Source of the DNA: Octopus sinensis
Lineage: Eukaryota
Reading direction: 5' to 3'
Length of the DNA: 64,000 nt
Assembly: GCF_006345805.1 (NCBI RefSeq)
Contig: NC_042997.1
Coordinates: 213,156,001 to 213,220,000, forward strand
Position 1 is the stretch's first letter. Every line of letters starts with the position of its first letter. This document shows positions 1-13,614 of the stretch, piece after piece. The translations under genes were made by a program, and so were the position numbers. The notes beneath the pieces were generated by a model, which had not been told where the DNA came from, did not search any database, and was given only the letters and a program-made list of their open reading frames with translations.

Positions 1-207
1 GCGAAAGGTGGCAGAAATCGTCACTGCCAGACATATAAAGTGAGCGAATATACTCGTATATGTCAAAAAGGAGTTTATAATAGACAAAGGAACTCATTTG
101 CTGTCGATTTTGGCGAGTCTATCTTTTGACAAGTTAACTCGCCAGAGATAGAAAAAAACGATTTCGGTCAAAACGCATATATTCGTTTCTGCCGGGTAAG
201 GGGTTAA
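1..207. mobile_element. End of a piggyBac-type (TTAA) non-autonomous element
   Basis: Ends ...GGGTAAGGGG followed by TTAA (CCC terminus plus TTAA site on the minus strand); other end lies outside the window. Confidence 0.4.
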
Positions 208-1630
208 ATAGCCATTGCTGACGAGAGTCTCGCTGTTGTCTCACACATGGCAAATGGTTGCAGGCGAGATCTTGCTCCTGTCTCAGACATGGTAATGGCT
301 ACTGACGAGATCTCGTACAAAATAGCTACAAATTCACCATAAATGTTCTCTTTTTCCTGGACTTTTGATTGTACATTTACATCTGCTGGGTAGCTGACCT
401 CCACAACAGTGCATGACTTTTGTTCCCCACCCCCACAGCACAATATCAGGTCTCTTATGATTGCACTAAATTGATGTTTTTATTGGGGTGTTCCACCAGT
501 ATTCCTTGTTTTTACAGGTGTGAATACCTGCTGGTTCTAACATTCCTTTGATGTATGCGTCAGGGCAGTCCTTTCTGCAGATAGCATTGGAAATAGCCTT
601 TGCAACTATATCATGCATCAGGGGCACATCCTTCTGGGTGGGATGTAATATATCAATCAGAGCTCCAGGAGAGCCTGCTCTCCCTCTCAATACTGTTGTT
701 GCCCTCTAGCTTACAGGACACGTACAACCCAAGCATTGCTTTTTGTCCGCTTCTCCTCCTTTGAATCACATCAGACACCTGCACATTCAGAATACCTGTT
801 CAGTAGTTCTTCTCCAACTCTGAAGTTGTTGTTGTGCTCACTTCTGATAATTCATGGAATCTACCAATTTCTTCCATCACTGTTCAGCAGGTACTGCCTG
901 AGTGATACAATACAGCACTCAAAGGTCATTTGTGGAGGTGCAATGGCCCAGTGGTTAGGGCAGCGGACTCGCGGTCGTAGGATCGTGGTTTCAATTCCCA
1001 GACCAGGCGTTGTGAGTGTTTATTGAGCGAAAACACCTAAAAGCTCCACGAGGCTCCGGCAGGGGATGGTGGTGATCCCTGCTGTACTCTTTCACCACAA
1101 CTTTCTCTCACTCTTTCTTCCTGTTTCTGTTGTACCTGTATTTCAAAGGGCCAGCCTTGTCACACTCTGTGTCACGCTGAATCTCCTCGAGAACTACGTT
1201 AAGGGTACACGTGTCTGTGGAATGCTCAGCCACTTGCACGTTAATTCCACGAGCAAGCTGTTCCGTTGATCGTATCAGCTGGGACCCTCATCGTCGTAAC
1301 CGGTGGAGTGCTCCCAAAGGTCATTTGGACTGACCTTATGCCTCTACTGTCATCACTTCATCTCTTATAAATCTTTTCAGTGTCACTGCCAGGACAAAAA
1401 ATATTACTGATAAACTATCACCCTGGAAAATGCCCGTCTGTAACAATACGCATTGCTTCAGCAGTTGTCAGTGACAACCGTGTGAACCAATTTGCAGTCA
1501 GTTTTTCAATGGCATTCTCTATAGCAGCTGATACTTTGGCAAGTTGTAGAGTTTCTATGACCCATGAGTGGGGCACAGAGTCAAACACCTTCTTGTAATG
1601 TAGCTGTGTCGTTTGGAGATTATGGCAAGG
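208..1630 (-). mobile_element. Decayed non-LTR retrotransposon of the RLE group (R4/Dong-like), RT plus restriction-like endonuclease fragments
   Basis: Minus-strand peptides YKKVFDSVPHSW (RT), HDIVAK..EYWWNTPIKT and CTVVEVSYPADVNVQSKVQEKENIYG (RLE region); frameshifted and interrupted by a SINE at 933-1314. Confidence 0.75.
933..1314 (+). mobile_element. tRNA-derived SINE with 13-bp target-site duplication
   Basis: A box TGGCCCAGTGG and B-box-like GTTTCAATTCC; TSD CAAAGGTCATTTG at 920-932 and 1315-1327. Confidence 0.85.
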
Positions 1631-2216
1631 TGTGTGTGGAAGGAGTAAATTAATTGAGCAGTATTTGAAAATAATTGATAAATATCATTATTCATTGATT
1701 TATTTGAAATCGAATGCAGAAATGGAATGAAAATTATTATATAGATTTATGATTATGTTTATTTAACTTTCTGTTGTAATTTTTTGATAAAAATGAATGT
1801 ATTTTAATTAATAATAATAATTATTTTCTTCTTTCGGTAATTGTATCTTTAGAATAGGATTTATTCGATTACTTAAAAATAAAACAATATTTTCTTGAAT
1901 TACATGAAGATTATATTGAGCAGAGTAATTAACAGAAATGCCAAAGTTAATTTATTAATCAAAATAATGATAAAAATTGTTGACAATCATGTGTTGTTCA
2001 TTAGCATCATGTATACAAATAGATAAGTTATAAAAATTCTCTGAGTTTCACAGAATTGAATCATCATCAAGAATTTGGTCTTGATCTTTAGTCCGTTCCT
2101 TGCTCCTGTTTTTCCAGCTGACTTTCAGGCTGGACATCAAACTGCAGAGATCTCACTAGTGTAGGAGGAACCGACAAAGTTCACACAAAGAAGTGAATGT
2201 TATCATTGAGGATTAA

Positions 2217-2290
<74 letters not shown>

Positions 2291-3879
2291 CAGTAGTAGT
2301 AGTTGAACAGATTGAACCCCACGGTATGTTAACCTTGGCCATATGTCTTCTACTGTAGATTCAAATTGATCAATGCCTTATCAGGGGAATTCAATTAGCA
2401 GAAACATTAGGGAAATTTATCACATATATTTATATATATGCGTGCACACACACACACGTACACACACACATGGACACACACACACACATACACATGTGTG
2501 CATATATGTATGTGTGTGTGTGTGTGTGCCTGTATTTACTCCATTTGTTGTGTTTCCGTCCTCTGAGTGATTCAATAATCAGAGACGGATCAAATAAGGT
2601 CAATGAATGAAACTGGGAGAAGAATAAAAGAATAAAAGAATAAAAGAATAAAAGAATAAAAGAATATATGGATTGTTTTGATTCTAATTGTTGTTGTTTT
2701 GTCCCAGTTCAACATATCTATAATGTTAGGTGCTCCAGCTGAGACTGTCCTGTATTTTGTTTCAGATCTTATTGATCAACTACAACCATTAGCCTACGTG
2801 TCCTTCTGTTGATAAATACTGTAGGCTGTGATTTGAAGGAGATTTCACTGTTATTTCGAATCTAGAGGGATCCCATGCTGGTTCATTGAACACTCGTTTG
2901 TCAATCACTAAAAAGAAACAAAATTTAAACATTCAATAATTATGGAAAACTTTAGTAGAAATAGATTAATTAGAAAGAATTTTTGGTAAAATATTTTGAG
3001 AATCGCTTCAACATCAGCACCATCACACCATTCTCAACCTTACAACTATCTTCTACGTGGTCAATTGTCTTGTTAGTAATAGCTGTCAAATCTTACGCAC
3101 AGCATACTTTACTGCCCAAATTAAGATGTGTCAATTGGCTATTATAGTCCTAGAGATAATGTATAACGGAAAAGACATGATCGTCACAGCTGGAAGACAT
3201 TCGATTTGAATTCTGATGGATCATGACTGACTTAGAGCTTCAGTGATAGCTGAAGGTACAATGGTATTTTTATTCTTTCACCACAAGAGTGAACTTGGCG
3301 CTGTAACTAATGATTCTCTCATCATGATATTATTATTTCTATTCAGCAACACCATTTCAAAGTTCAGTGTTTTGGCCAAGGTCACACTATCGTGACAAGA
3401 GACCCACTCCACCATCTGTGCTCTCCATAGAATACTGGCCTTTTTTTCATTAACCTTATAAAGATAAAAGTCACAATGCATGTCTGCAGGAATCAAACTC
3501 AAGACTGAGTGAAACAAAATCAAGAAACAGAAATGGCATTAGTTGTAATATTCTTCTCAACCATGACAACATCACATTGAAACTTGTTTCTATTGAAAGG
3601 CAATTTGTGTGTGTGTGTGAAAAAGGGCAAATACAGTTGTTGAGTTTTTACTGCTTCCATTGAAGTGTAATAAAATTTAATGGGAACATGTAGGCAAAGC
3701 TAAAGGACTTTCAGAGAATTTGTCTTTACCATTTAAACTTAATGGGAATTTCTAAGACTGACACAAGTCCACACATTTTCAGAAAGTAGCAAAGTCAGTT
3801 ATGTAATATTTCACTGTTAGTCATTTTAGTGCATCCAGAAAAATGAGAGACAAAACTAATTCCAGTGGAACTTGAATAA

Positions 3880-4750
3880 AGATCATAACCAGATACTGCT
3901 AGACATTTCAAGTGGCACTCTGCCGATTCTATCATTCATCATTCTGTATTTACGTGTAATAAGGAAGAATTTTATATTGTCAGCATCCATCCATATCACA
4001 TGGCCAAACCAATGCAGTCTTCTCTCTTGCTCACAACAACCAATTCCTCTTATGCCTAGCTTCTCTCTCAGAGCACTAGCACTCTATAGAACCTGTACAC
4101 TTACATTGCACATCCAGCGGAGCATACTGGCCTCATTCCTCTCGAACCTTCGCATGCCCACATCTCGTATTCAGGGCCCACATCTCACTACCATGTAGAA
4201 TTGCTGTCCATATACATGCATCATAAAATCTTCCTTTCACTCGGAGAGAGAAACCTTTTGTGGCCAACAGAAATAAATGCTCTCTGAATTTCCTCCATCC
4301 TATTTTTATTCCAGGTATCACACTCTCTGTGCATCCTCCCCTTCTACTAATTTGGTCCCCTAAGTAGCAGAAATTATCTACTACTTCTAATGGGCCACCA
4401 GAGCATTTGAAATTATCAATTTCCTGAGTCTGTATAATTTTTATGGACCCTGTACATTTTCCACATACAATCTTCTCTTGTTAACCTTTCAGTTAACCCA
4501 CTGCACCTCTTTTGTGCCCAACACTTACACTGGGTACACTGTATGGAGTTCCTGTCTACACCTTTCTTACAAATCGAACAGGGCCACCTATCTGAGGGGT
4601 TGAATGTCTTGTCAGTTTTCTTGCTTACCAGAACCTTAGTCATTGCTAAGTTAACCTTAGATTCCAGGTTTTGCTTCCACACCTGAAATTTTTCCATCTA
4701 ACTCTGATATGGAATCTGCTAAGGTGTTCAGCAAGTAAATACGTTTTACC
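3880..4750 (-). mobile_element. RTE-clade LINE fragment (RT C-terminal region)
   Basis: Peptides MEKFQVWKQNLESKVNLAMTKVLVS..WPCSICKKGV and GWRKFREHLFLLATKGFSLRVKGRFYDACI; homologous to the RTE copy at 39510-42470. Confidence 0.85.
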
Positions 4751-4810
4751 AGAAAGGATATAAAAACGAATCTAAACTACATTGACCTGAATAGTTTTAA
4801 TCAAGAATGT

Positions 4811-5111
4811 CAGTTTAGCTTGTTCCTTCTCGAGCCATGCCTGGCTCATAAGGGCCGGTTTCCTTGGCATATAGGTTCCCCACCTGGACGGAACACCAGT
4901 CCGTTGCAGGTGAGCTGCAAGATGAAGGAGGAAAGAGTGAGAGAAAGTTGTAGCGAAAGAGTCAGCAGAAGTTCACCATACCCTTCTGCCGGAGCCACAT
5001 GGAGCTTAGGTGTTTCGTTCACAAACACACATATCGCCCGGTCTGAGATTCAAACCCACAATCCCTTGACCACGAGTCCGCTGCTCTAACCACTAGGCCA
5101 TGTGCCTCCAC
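4811..5111 (-). mobile_element. tRNA-derived SINE with a Deu/Nin-like 3' part and 12-bp TSD
   Basis: Head GGAGGCACATGGCCTAGTGGTTAGAGCAGCGGACTC; TSD AATCAAGAATGT at 4799-4810 and 5112-5123. The 3' part GCAACGGACTGGTGTTCCGTCCAGG..ATGCCAAGGAAACCGG resembles the Deu/Nin domain as recalled. Confidence 0.8.
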
Positions 5112-5926
5112 AATCAAGAATGTAATCACCATTGTTTTCAACTGCTGCAACCCAAATGGAATGTAACTCTTTTTATGCCACATTCAAAGAAATCTATTTC
5201 TTTTCCTGAAAAAAGTCTGAAAGACTGTTTTCAACCTTCTCTGTGTTTTGCCTCTTATAAAATGTTCTAGTGATCGGAACAGATGGAAATCCATAGGTGC
5301 TAAGTCAGGTGAGTATGGGGGATGTGGAAGAACATCCAATCCTAACGATCTTATTTTACTTTGGGTTTGTTTTGAAGAGTGTGGCTGTGCACTGTTGTGC
5401 TGGAGAATAACACCTTTTCCTCTTTACTAAAGCTGGTCACTTTTTGATGTAATTTTTCATTTATACTATTAACTTATTGGCAACAGACATCTTGCATTGA
5501 TGGTCCTTCCATGTTCCAGTAGCTTGTAATGGGTGGTACTTTTCATATTCCATCAAATACAGAGCAAGGATTATTGTGGATGGAAATCTGGTTTTGGTGT
5601 TGGCACTGTTCTCTCCTTACTTGATTACCATTGTTTTTTTTTTGTTTTGTTTTTTTGTTGTGATACAAAACCCATTTTGCATCACCTGTAACAATACACT
5701 GCAAAAATGGCAGGTTGTTATTCCTGGTTAGAAGACTGCTGCAAATGGTGAAATGTTGTGTTCGGTTCTCAGGCTTAAGCTCATGTGAAACCTAAATTCC
5801 CTCTGTGCATGTTTTCCTAATTTGTTTGAGATGTTTGTAGCTAGTTGAACATGACACATTAAATTTTTGCCCCAAATCTCAGGTGCTTTGACGTGGATCT
5901 GATACAATAGTCTAATTCAAAGGGTT

Positions 5927-6161
5927 GTCATTCAGAGTGGACCGTCATTCAGAGTGGACCGTCATTCAGAGTGGACTGTCATTCAGAGTGGACCGTCATT
6001 CAGAGTGGACCATCATTCAGAGTGGACCGTCATTCAGAGTGGACTGTCATTCAGAGTGGACCGTCATTCAGAGTGGACCGTCATTCGGAATGGACCGTCA
6101 TTCAGAGTGGACTGTCATTCAGAGTGGACCGTCATTCAGAGTGGACCGTCATTCAGAGTGG
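5927..6161. repeat. 17-bp minisatellite (GTCATTCAGAGTGGACC), about 14 copies
   Basis: Direct tandem with no spacers; the same 17-aa periodic peptide appears in all three + frames. Confidence 0.95.
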
Positions 6162-7447
6162 GTCATCTTTCACTGCATCTGGATATATTTCACAAATGTC
6201 TTTCGTTGCTTCTGTAGCGGTACTCTTTTTCCGAAACTCATACAGTAAGCAATAGTGAACATGTTGTCTCATCAAGTTCTTATCCCCTATGGGGTTAATT
6301 ACTACAATAACTATGAATGATGCACTGCCAGATCAAAGAGATGATATACTGGGGAAGCTTTGACACTACAGAAATGTAAGTTATGAATGAATAAAATGAA
6401 GCAGAATTAAACGCAAGGAAGAATCGCTTTTCATTCAACACAGTGATTTCTAATGGCTGGAAGTTCCGTAAAACAATTTCACATTAAATTGAAGGCTGAT
6501 TCAATATAGTTTAATAGAGAACAAATTCTCCAGCTTTTATGAGGTAAAGATTATTTGACCTCGATGTTTCAGCTTCCTCATCTTCAACAGATTCTGTATA
6601 TGTGTGCGTGTGAGAGAGAGAGAGGCAGAGAGTGTGTGCACATACAAATAAAATATTAAAAAATGGTTACCAGCATCACCTTACTGGCACCTGTGCCGGT
6701 GGCATGTGTAAAATATTCGAGCGAGGTCATTGCCAGCACTGCCTGACTGGCCCCAAGGCTATAGTAGAAGACACTTGCCCCGGTGGCATGTAAAAGCACC
6801 CACTACACTCTCGGAGTGGTTGGCATTAGGAAGGGCATCCAGCCGTAGAAACTCTGCCAGATCAAGATTGAAGCCTGGTGCAGCCATCTGGTTCGTCAGC
6901 CCTCAGTCAAAATCGTCCAACCCATGCTAGCATGGAAAGTGGATGTTAAACGATGATGATGATGATGGTTTCCTTGATCGAACAAAACTTAGCTTTCTAG
7001 GTGGGGAGGCTGCAATCAATTGACACAGTAATGAAACTTATGATGCAATCTAAGATCACTTTGCATCTGAAAAGCTGGGAAAAACATTATTGTGGAAAAT
7101 ATAGTAATAATCAATTAAAACCCCCCGAGAAGTGAGAGGTAGCAATGGTTTAATTCTCTTTGTTTATAGCTGTTTCCTAATTCACTTTCATTTGCATCAT
7201 TGACACCTCATATACATATATACGTATGTATGCACACATACACCTGTATAGTTACGTAACGATGTACCAAAGAGTATTACTTTTCAGAATGGATTCCAGA
7301 CATCTCCATTGTATCTGGAGTTCCTTATTCAAGTCCTTTAAATTCTTTAAGATGATGGTGTTTTCCATTAAAAACAATCTTTATTTGTTCCTTGTGAAAT
7401 AAATGTATTCTGTTGAAGAACTGAATTTAGTTTGGTTTTCAGGCCAC

Positions 7448-7856
7448 TTTACTCTTTTTACTCTTTTACTTGTTTCAGTCATTTGACTGTGGCCATGCTG
7501 GAGCACCACCTTTAGTCAAGCAAATCGACCCTAGGACTTATTCTTTGTAAGCCTAGTACTTATTCTATCGGTCTCTTTTGCCAAACCACTAAGTTACAGG
7601 GACGTAAAGACACCAGCATCAGTTGTCAAGCGATGTTGGGGGGACAAACACAGGCACACAAACATATACACACACATACATATATATATACACATATACG
7701 ACGGGCTTCTTTCAGTTTCCATCTACCCAATCCACTCACAAGGCTTTGGTCAGCCCGAGGCTATAGTAAAAGACACTTTCCCAAGGTACCACACAGTGGG
7801 ACTGAACCCAGAACCACGTGGTTGGTAAGCAAGCTACTTATCACAGCCACTCCTGC
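7448..7856 (-). mobile_element. tRNA/CORE-type SINE with internal (TA/CA)n tract and (AAAAGAGT)n tail
   Basis: Same family as 44286-44695, 57893-58215 and 61347-61690; head GCAGGAGTGGCTGTG, CORE-like CCTTGGGAAAGTGTCTT. Confidence 0.85.
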
Positions 7857-8429
7857 ACCTATGTTTATAAAACCGTTTGTTTTCATTTTGTATGAAAGCC
7901 AGTTGTTTGTTTACAAATGGTAGAGAAGGCGTTAGAGGCACCAGGGTAGGAATAACGAACAACACTGCAAAATTGACAAGTGGTCCATTGGTTTACAGCA
8001 GAAAGGTCAAACATCTCCTCTTAGAATCTTAGAGAGAGTTTAGCTCCATCAGATTTATCTTCTTTCTACACAGGTTCACAACATGCTATTTTGATAGACA
8101 ACATGACATGAGAGCATGGTGTCCAAATATAGGTCTCACCAAAACAATATAATATCAGAGTATGATGTGTCATGGTTTCAATAAATTATTGTTTATTGAT
8201 ATAATAATAATAAATAAATGAATTTGCTAATCCAATTTGCATTGAATATTTTTTTCATCAATTACAATAAGTAAAGATTACAAAAACCTTTTTTCAGAAA
8301 TTGCTTAAAAAATCGGATTAAGCCCTTTGGCAATCAAAAAAGTATATAAAAAGTAAATCTCTTTAAGTCTGGAAATATAAAATATTACAAATGTTATAAA
8401 TATTGTAGGTCTATAAAATAAAGTTTATA

Positions 8430-10190
8430 AATGAGTCTGCTTCAGCAGAAGATGGGTTTTTAATGATCTTTTGAAATTTGACAGCGAAAAAATGTTTTTT
8501 AGCTTTTGTGGTAAAATATTATTCCATGTATTAATACTGTTATAAATAAAGCTTTTTTGTCAAATTGATACTCAACAAAAGGGCATTTTAAAATTCAAGT
8601 CAGTGATACCTTTTGTTTGGTAGTTATGAAGGAGAGAATGGCAATGGATAATTTCATAGAAATAAGTATGGCGGTGATGATGAAATATCATCATCATCAT
8701 CGTTTAACGTCCGTTTTCCATGCTAGCATGGGTTGGACGGTTCGACCGGGGTCTGGGAAGCCAGGGGCTGTACCAGGCTCCAGTCTGATCTGGCAGTGTT
8801 TCTACAGCTGGATGCCCTTCCTAACGCCAACCACTCCGCGAGTGTAGTGGGTGCTTTTTACGTGCCACCTGCACAGGTGCCAGGGGGTGTCTGGCATCGG
8901 CCACGTTCGGATGGTGCTTTTTATGTGCCACCGGCACAGAAGCCAGACGAGGCGGCGCTGGCAACGGCCACGTTCGGATGGTGCTACAAAAGTAATTTTG
9001 ATTGAGGATTGTCTACTTTGAGAGTCTTCTATGATTTATGAATGGTATGGTTGAATAAATAAATTTTACAATTTCCCCAGACAGCAGTAAAATAATTTTG
9101 AGTATATTAAAGAATAATAAAGAGTGATTCTAACATTTTCGGGAAGAAGGTAAGAAATTCTATTTAATATACCAAGAGTATTGGGAATTTTGTTTTAATA
9201 AATTGCTTGTATGTGTTTTGAAACTGAGGAACTCATCAATATGAATGCCGAGAAATTTTGTTGATGTTACATGTGAAATTGTTTTACCTGCGATGAGGAC
9301 ATTAGGAAGAAGCTGCTTGGGCTTTGTGGAGAAAAGCATGTAGCAGGGTTTTTTCTATATTAAGGGTAAGCTGGTTAGTGATAAGCCATTGATAAACCTT
9401 GTTCAGTTCTGAATTAATTGTATTGAATAGAGAGGGAAGGTCCTGGTGACTAATAAAAATAGTAGAGTCATCAGTGAAGTGTAGAAAATTTAATAAATTA
9501 GTAGAATTGCACATGTCATTTAAGGAACAGTAATGGGCCCAGCATGGACACCTGAGGGACTCCTAGCTTTATCGTGGATAAGGATGACTTTGGGGTTTCA
9601 AGAGAAACATGCTGTTTACGCTGTGAGAGGTATGATCTAAACCAATTGTTAGGAACTCCACATATTCCTATATGACTAAGTTTGGCCAACAATATATCTG
9701 AATGTACAGAACTGAACACCTTACTGATATCTAAGTAAAGTGCAAGGAAATATTTAGAGCTGTTTAGTGATGTGTAGGCATGATCTAGAAATTCAAGGAT
9801 TGCATCAGCAGGACCAAAGATTTCTCTGAAGCCAAATTGGAGATTTGATAGTAATTTTGTTAAGACTGAGAAATGACTGGAATCTCTTGCGCATTAACTT
9901 TTCAAAAATCTTTGTGAGAGTAGAGAGGATAGATAGATATAGGTCTGTAGTTACTTACAAAGGTTAGCGGCACCATTTTTTCTAGACTGGAATGACTTGT
10001 GCCATTTTTAAACAGTCAGGGAATCTGCTTTGTGCAATTGATTCAGAAAAGAGCATTGCAATAGGTAAGTTGATTCTGTCAACAGTCTGTTTGTAAATAT
10101 TTTCATTTGAGTCTGGTTTATTTTTAAGGGTGTCTATAATGGATCTTACTTCGTCTGGGGGAGAAGGAAATGCAAAGATATGAAATGTTG
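8430..10190 (-). mobile_element. Decayed L2/CR1-group (Crack-like) LINE, interrupted by an RTE-tail repeat at about 8690-8985
   Basis: Peptides YFLALYLDISKVFSSVHSDILL, WFRSYLSQRKQHV, GVPQVSMLGPLLF, FTDDSTIF and C-terminal TWNNILPQKLK..FKRSLK. Confidence 0.8.
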
Positions 10191-10209
10191 GTTGCCTTTA
10201 GTGATATAA

Positions 10210-10800
10210 ATCATCATCATCATCGTTTAACGTCTGCTTTCCATGCTAGCATGGGTTGGACGATTTGACTGAGGACTGGCAAACCAGATGGCTGCACCAG
10301 GCTCCAGTCTGATCTGGCAGAGTTTCAACAGCTGGATGCCCTTCCTAACAACAACCACTCCGAGAGTGTAGTGGGCGCTTTTACATGCCACTGGTAGAGG
10401 GGCCAGTCAGGCAGTACTGGCAACGACCTTGCTCAAATCTTTTTTACACCTGCCACCGGCACAGGTGCCAGTAAGGCGATGCTGGTAACGATCACACTTG
10501 AACGGTGACCTTTTATGTGCCACCGGCACGGAGGCCAGTTAGCCACTCTGGCAACGATCATGCTCAGATGGTGCTCTTAATACCCTATTAGCATGGGGCC
10601 CAAGTGCCAGTAAGGTGACACTGGTAACAATCACACTTGAATGGTGCCCTTTATGTGCCACTGGCACGGAAGCCGGTTAGCCACTCTGTCTAACGATCAC
10701 ACTCGTATGGTGCTCTTTGCATCCTGCTAGCACGGACGCCGGTCATCAAATTCTATTTCGATTTCACTTGCCTCAACAGGTCTTCTCAAGCAGAGTTTAG
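10210..10800 (-). mobile_element. 5'-truncated RTE 3' UTR copy with several degenerate internal tandem units
   Basis: (CAT)n start, CGTTTAACGTCTGCTTTCCATGCTAGCATGGG core and repeated TGCCACCGGCAC units; same sequence as the 3' UTR of RTE copy 38184-39230. Confidence 0.85.
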
Positions 10801-11921
10801 TAGACTGATGTGGATGAAGAATTTGATATTGATAACACCCAATGATAACATTGTTGATGATGGTTATTATGACGATTAGAGAAGGCTAAGGATCCTAGTG
10901 ATGATGATGATGACTCTGTGTTGTTATTGGCATCGTCATTTTCAGCAAGCACCACCAGCAGCAGCAGCAGCAGCATTGTTGTCATTAAAAATTAAATGAA
11001 AGGAATTATCTACATGATTATACCTAAATATTATTGATCAAATCTTTGCCACTCTAATACTTCTTTTTTTTTTTATCAAAAAAATGCTTTAATGCAATGT
11101 TAGAGGCAGAACTCTATTTAAATATTGATTATGTTTCCATTTTACAGAGCAATTTCATATATAATGGTAGCTGTTTCCCTATTTATTAACACATCATAAT
11201 GCATCTGCCAAATATATTTGGCACTTCATGGCAATCACATAATTTATACTGTCTACAACCCAGCTACTTCAACGTGCAGACACCATACGTATTTGTTCTA
11301 GACGAAACACACATTAATCACCTACATTTCATAAAATATAATTTTCTAATTTTATTTCACATATTTATAAAAAAGACAAATTTCTACTTAAATACTTAAT
11401 TATACATTAATTTATCAATGGTATGCTACTGAACATTATTATAGGCTGGACGGTGTTGGTATAATGTCAACAACACTGTATGTCTAACCTTGATCTACTT
11501 TCATATTGTTTCTGAGGTCTATTATTCCCGGATCTTAATTTCTAATAAATTTCTCCAGGTAGGAGAGAAGTGCCATAATCTTCCCAGTTACCCCCCCTCC
11601 ATACCCCCTCATGATAAAGATGTGGCCAGTAGGTTAATCTCTCAGACCAATGATATTGATGTAGTTGATGTGTGCCAGAATAAATTTAGCACCAATAACA
11701 GGGTCAGTTCTTTTGACAGGTTTCAACAGTTTTTATCTACCACAATTCTGTGCAGGTGGCACGTAAAAAGCACCCACTACACTCGCAGAGTGGTTGGCAT
11801 TAGGAAGGGCATCCAGCTGTAGAAACACTGCCAGATCTGACTGGAGCCTGGTGCAGCCCTGGCTTCCCAGACCCCGGTCGAACCGTCCAACCCGTGCTAG
11901 CGTGGAAAACGGACGTTAAAC

Positions 11922-11954
<33 letters not shown>

Positions 11955-12425
11955 TTCATACATAAGGATTTGGTTGTTTCACTATTATGGCAGGAGACAC
12001 TTGCCTAAGATAATGTGCAGAGGAATCAAACCTGAAGCCATAAAGTCGTGAAGTAAGTTTCTTAGTGACACATCCTTGCCAGTACCCAAGTACCCAGGTG
12101 TGGTTACTTAAATATTATGAAATATTTCATATAACTGTTACAATAACCTGAACCTATTCATCATAGGTTCAGGTTGATCATCATCATCTTTTAACATCTG
12201 TCGTCCATGCTGCTGTAGGCCGGACTGTTTAACAAAATCTAACAGTCCATGGACTGCATCATAGACCAATATCTACTTCAGCTGGATGACCTTCCTAATG
12301 TCAACCCTTTTTACAGACTGTAATCAGTGCTTTGATTTTGGCCCCATACAGTTCACAAGACTAAGATTACTTCAACTGAAATGGGACTACTTTAGAGGAA
12401 GGAGGCTTTATTCTTGGTGGTGTGA

Positions 12426-12656
12426 GATTAACTCTTTCATTACCAACCCGGCTGAAACCAGCTCTGGCTCTGAGTACAAATGTCTTGTTTACATAAATTT
12501 TGAATGAAAATCTTCCATCAAACCTTAGTCACAATTTATGTTCCTAACACTAGCTTAATGATAACGAAGTTATTTTACAAAATTCTTTGTTATATTTAAA
12601 GTAACTGAAAGAAACACAGAGCATCTCAAAATAAATACAGTAATGAAAGGGATAAA
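12426..12656. mobile_element. piggyBac-type MITE
   Basis: TTAA-CTCTTTCATTAC ... GTAATGAAAGGG-ATAA terminal inverted repeats. Confidence 0.55.
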
Positions 12657-13047
12657 GCATGAAAGAAGGGACCAGAACTACACATATTTCTTGCTGTAGG
12701 GGAGCTACATAACTATTTACTTTATAGAATGGTGGTGGTCATCTGTGGTGCCCACATTTCATTCCTGTAACATAATGCACTAAAGTGTTCTTCTGATGAT
12801 CTCTCATATTTCAGGATCCAATTGCACTCGGAAGAGTCAACACATAATCACAATTGTGAAACGTAGGTTAAACTTGTGTTTCTCATAATGTCCCCTACAT
12901 TTGCTCTGCATATCGTAATGAGTAACACTGCTAAGTGCAATAGTAGCCACAGCACGACCCTGGAAGCAGACTGATTGAGGATAATCTAGATGGAGCTCTA
13001 AACTTAACATTAATAATTTAACTGTACACAATGTAAATATATACAGT

Positions 13048-13345
13048 GAAGGCGCAGGTGGCTTAGTAGTTAGGGCATTCAGCTCATGATCGTAAGGTCG
13101 TGAGTTCAATTCCCAGTGAGGCATTGTGTCCTTGAGCAAGACACATTGTTCTAGTCCACTCAGCTGGCAAAAGTGAATAGTACATGTGTTTCAAAGGGCC
13201 AGCCTTGTCACACTCTGTATCATGCTGAATCTCCCTGAGAACTACATTAAGAGTATACATGTGTCTGTGGAGTACTCAGCCACTTGCATGTCAATTTCAT
13301 GAGCAAGCTGTTCCATTAATCATATCAGCTGGGACCCTCGTCGTG
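13048..13345 (+). mobile_element. tRNA/CORE-type SINE sharing its 3' tail with SINE 933-1314 (second copy at about 42497-42810)
   Basis: Head GGTGGCTTAGTAGTTAGGGC..GAGTTCAATTCCC, CORE-like TGTGTCCTTGAGCAAGACAC, tail TTTCAAAGGGCCAGCCTTGTCACACTCTG. Confidence 0.8.
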
Positions 13346-13614
13346 ACTGTTTCACCTGACTTTATTCATTAAAACTTCAGAAGTTCTTACAACTTTGGTT
13401 GTCGTAATGCTTTTCGTTCATCTTGTTTAATAAAAATTCCTCTTCATAATGGTTTTGCATTCATTTTGTGATAGACAGCCATCATGCAGAAAATGCCAGC
13501 CTTGAAATCCTGTTTTCTGATTAGTTAAAATTGATTAAACTTTAAACTTCTGTAACATTTTTCTGTAATTTTTATAAGACAAGTAAATAACAAAATGGCA
13601 TTTAACATGGGATG

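Larger units (their letters stand above)
4770..6260 (-). mobile_element. Decayed mariner transposase, interrupted by a SINE and a 17-bp minisatellite
   Basis: Minus strand gives LLYEFRKKSTATEATKDICEIYPDAV (N-terminus), SDPRQST, VSHEL, IVTGDAKWVLY and PYSPDLAPMDFHLFRSLEH (mariner YSPDL motif); multiple stops. Confidence 0.85.

Noticed and set aside
1380-1628. Exon-like segment on + (acceptor TCTTTTCAG, ORF of 72 aa)
   Set aside because: The minus strand encodes the RT motif YKKVFDSVPHSW; it is antisense retrotransposon sequence.
5925-6255. Three overlapping repetitive ORFs / possible CRISPR array
   Set aside because: Contiguous 17-bp tandem repeat with no spacers.
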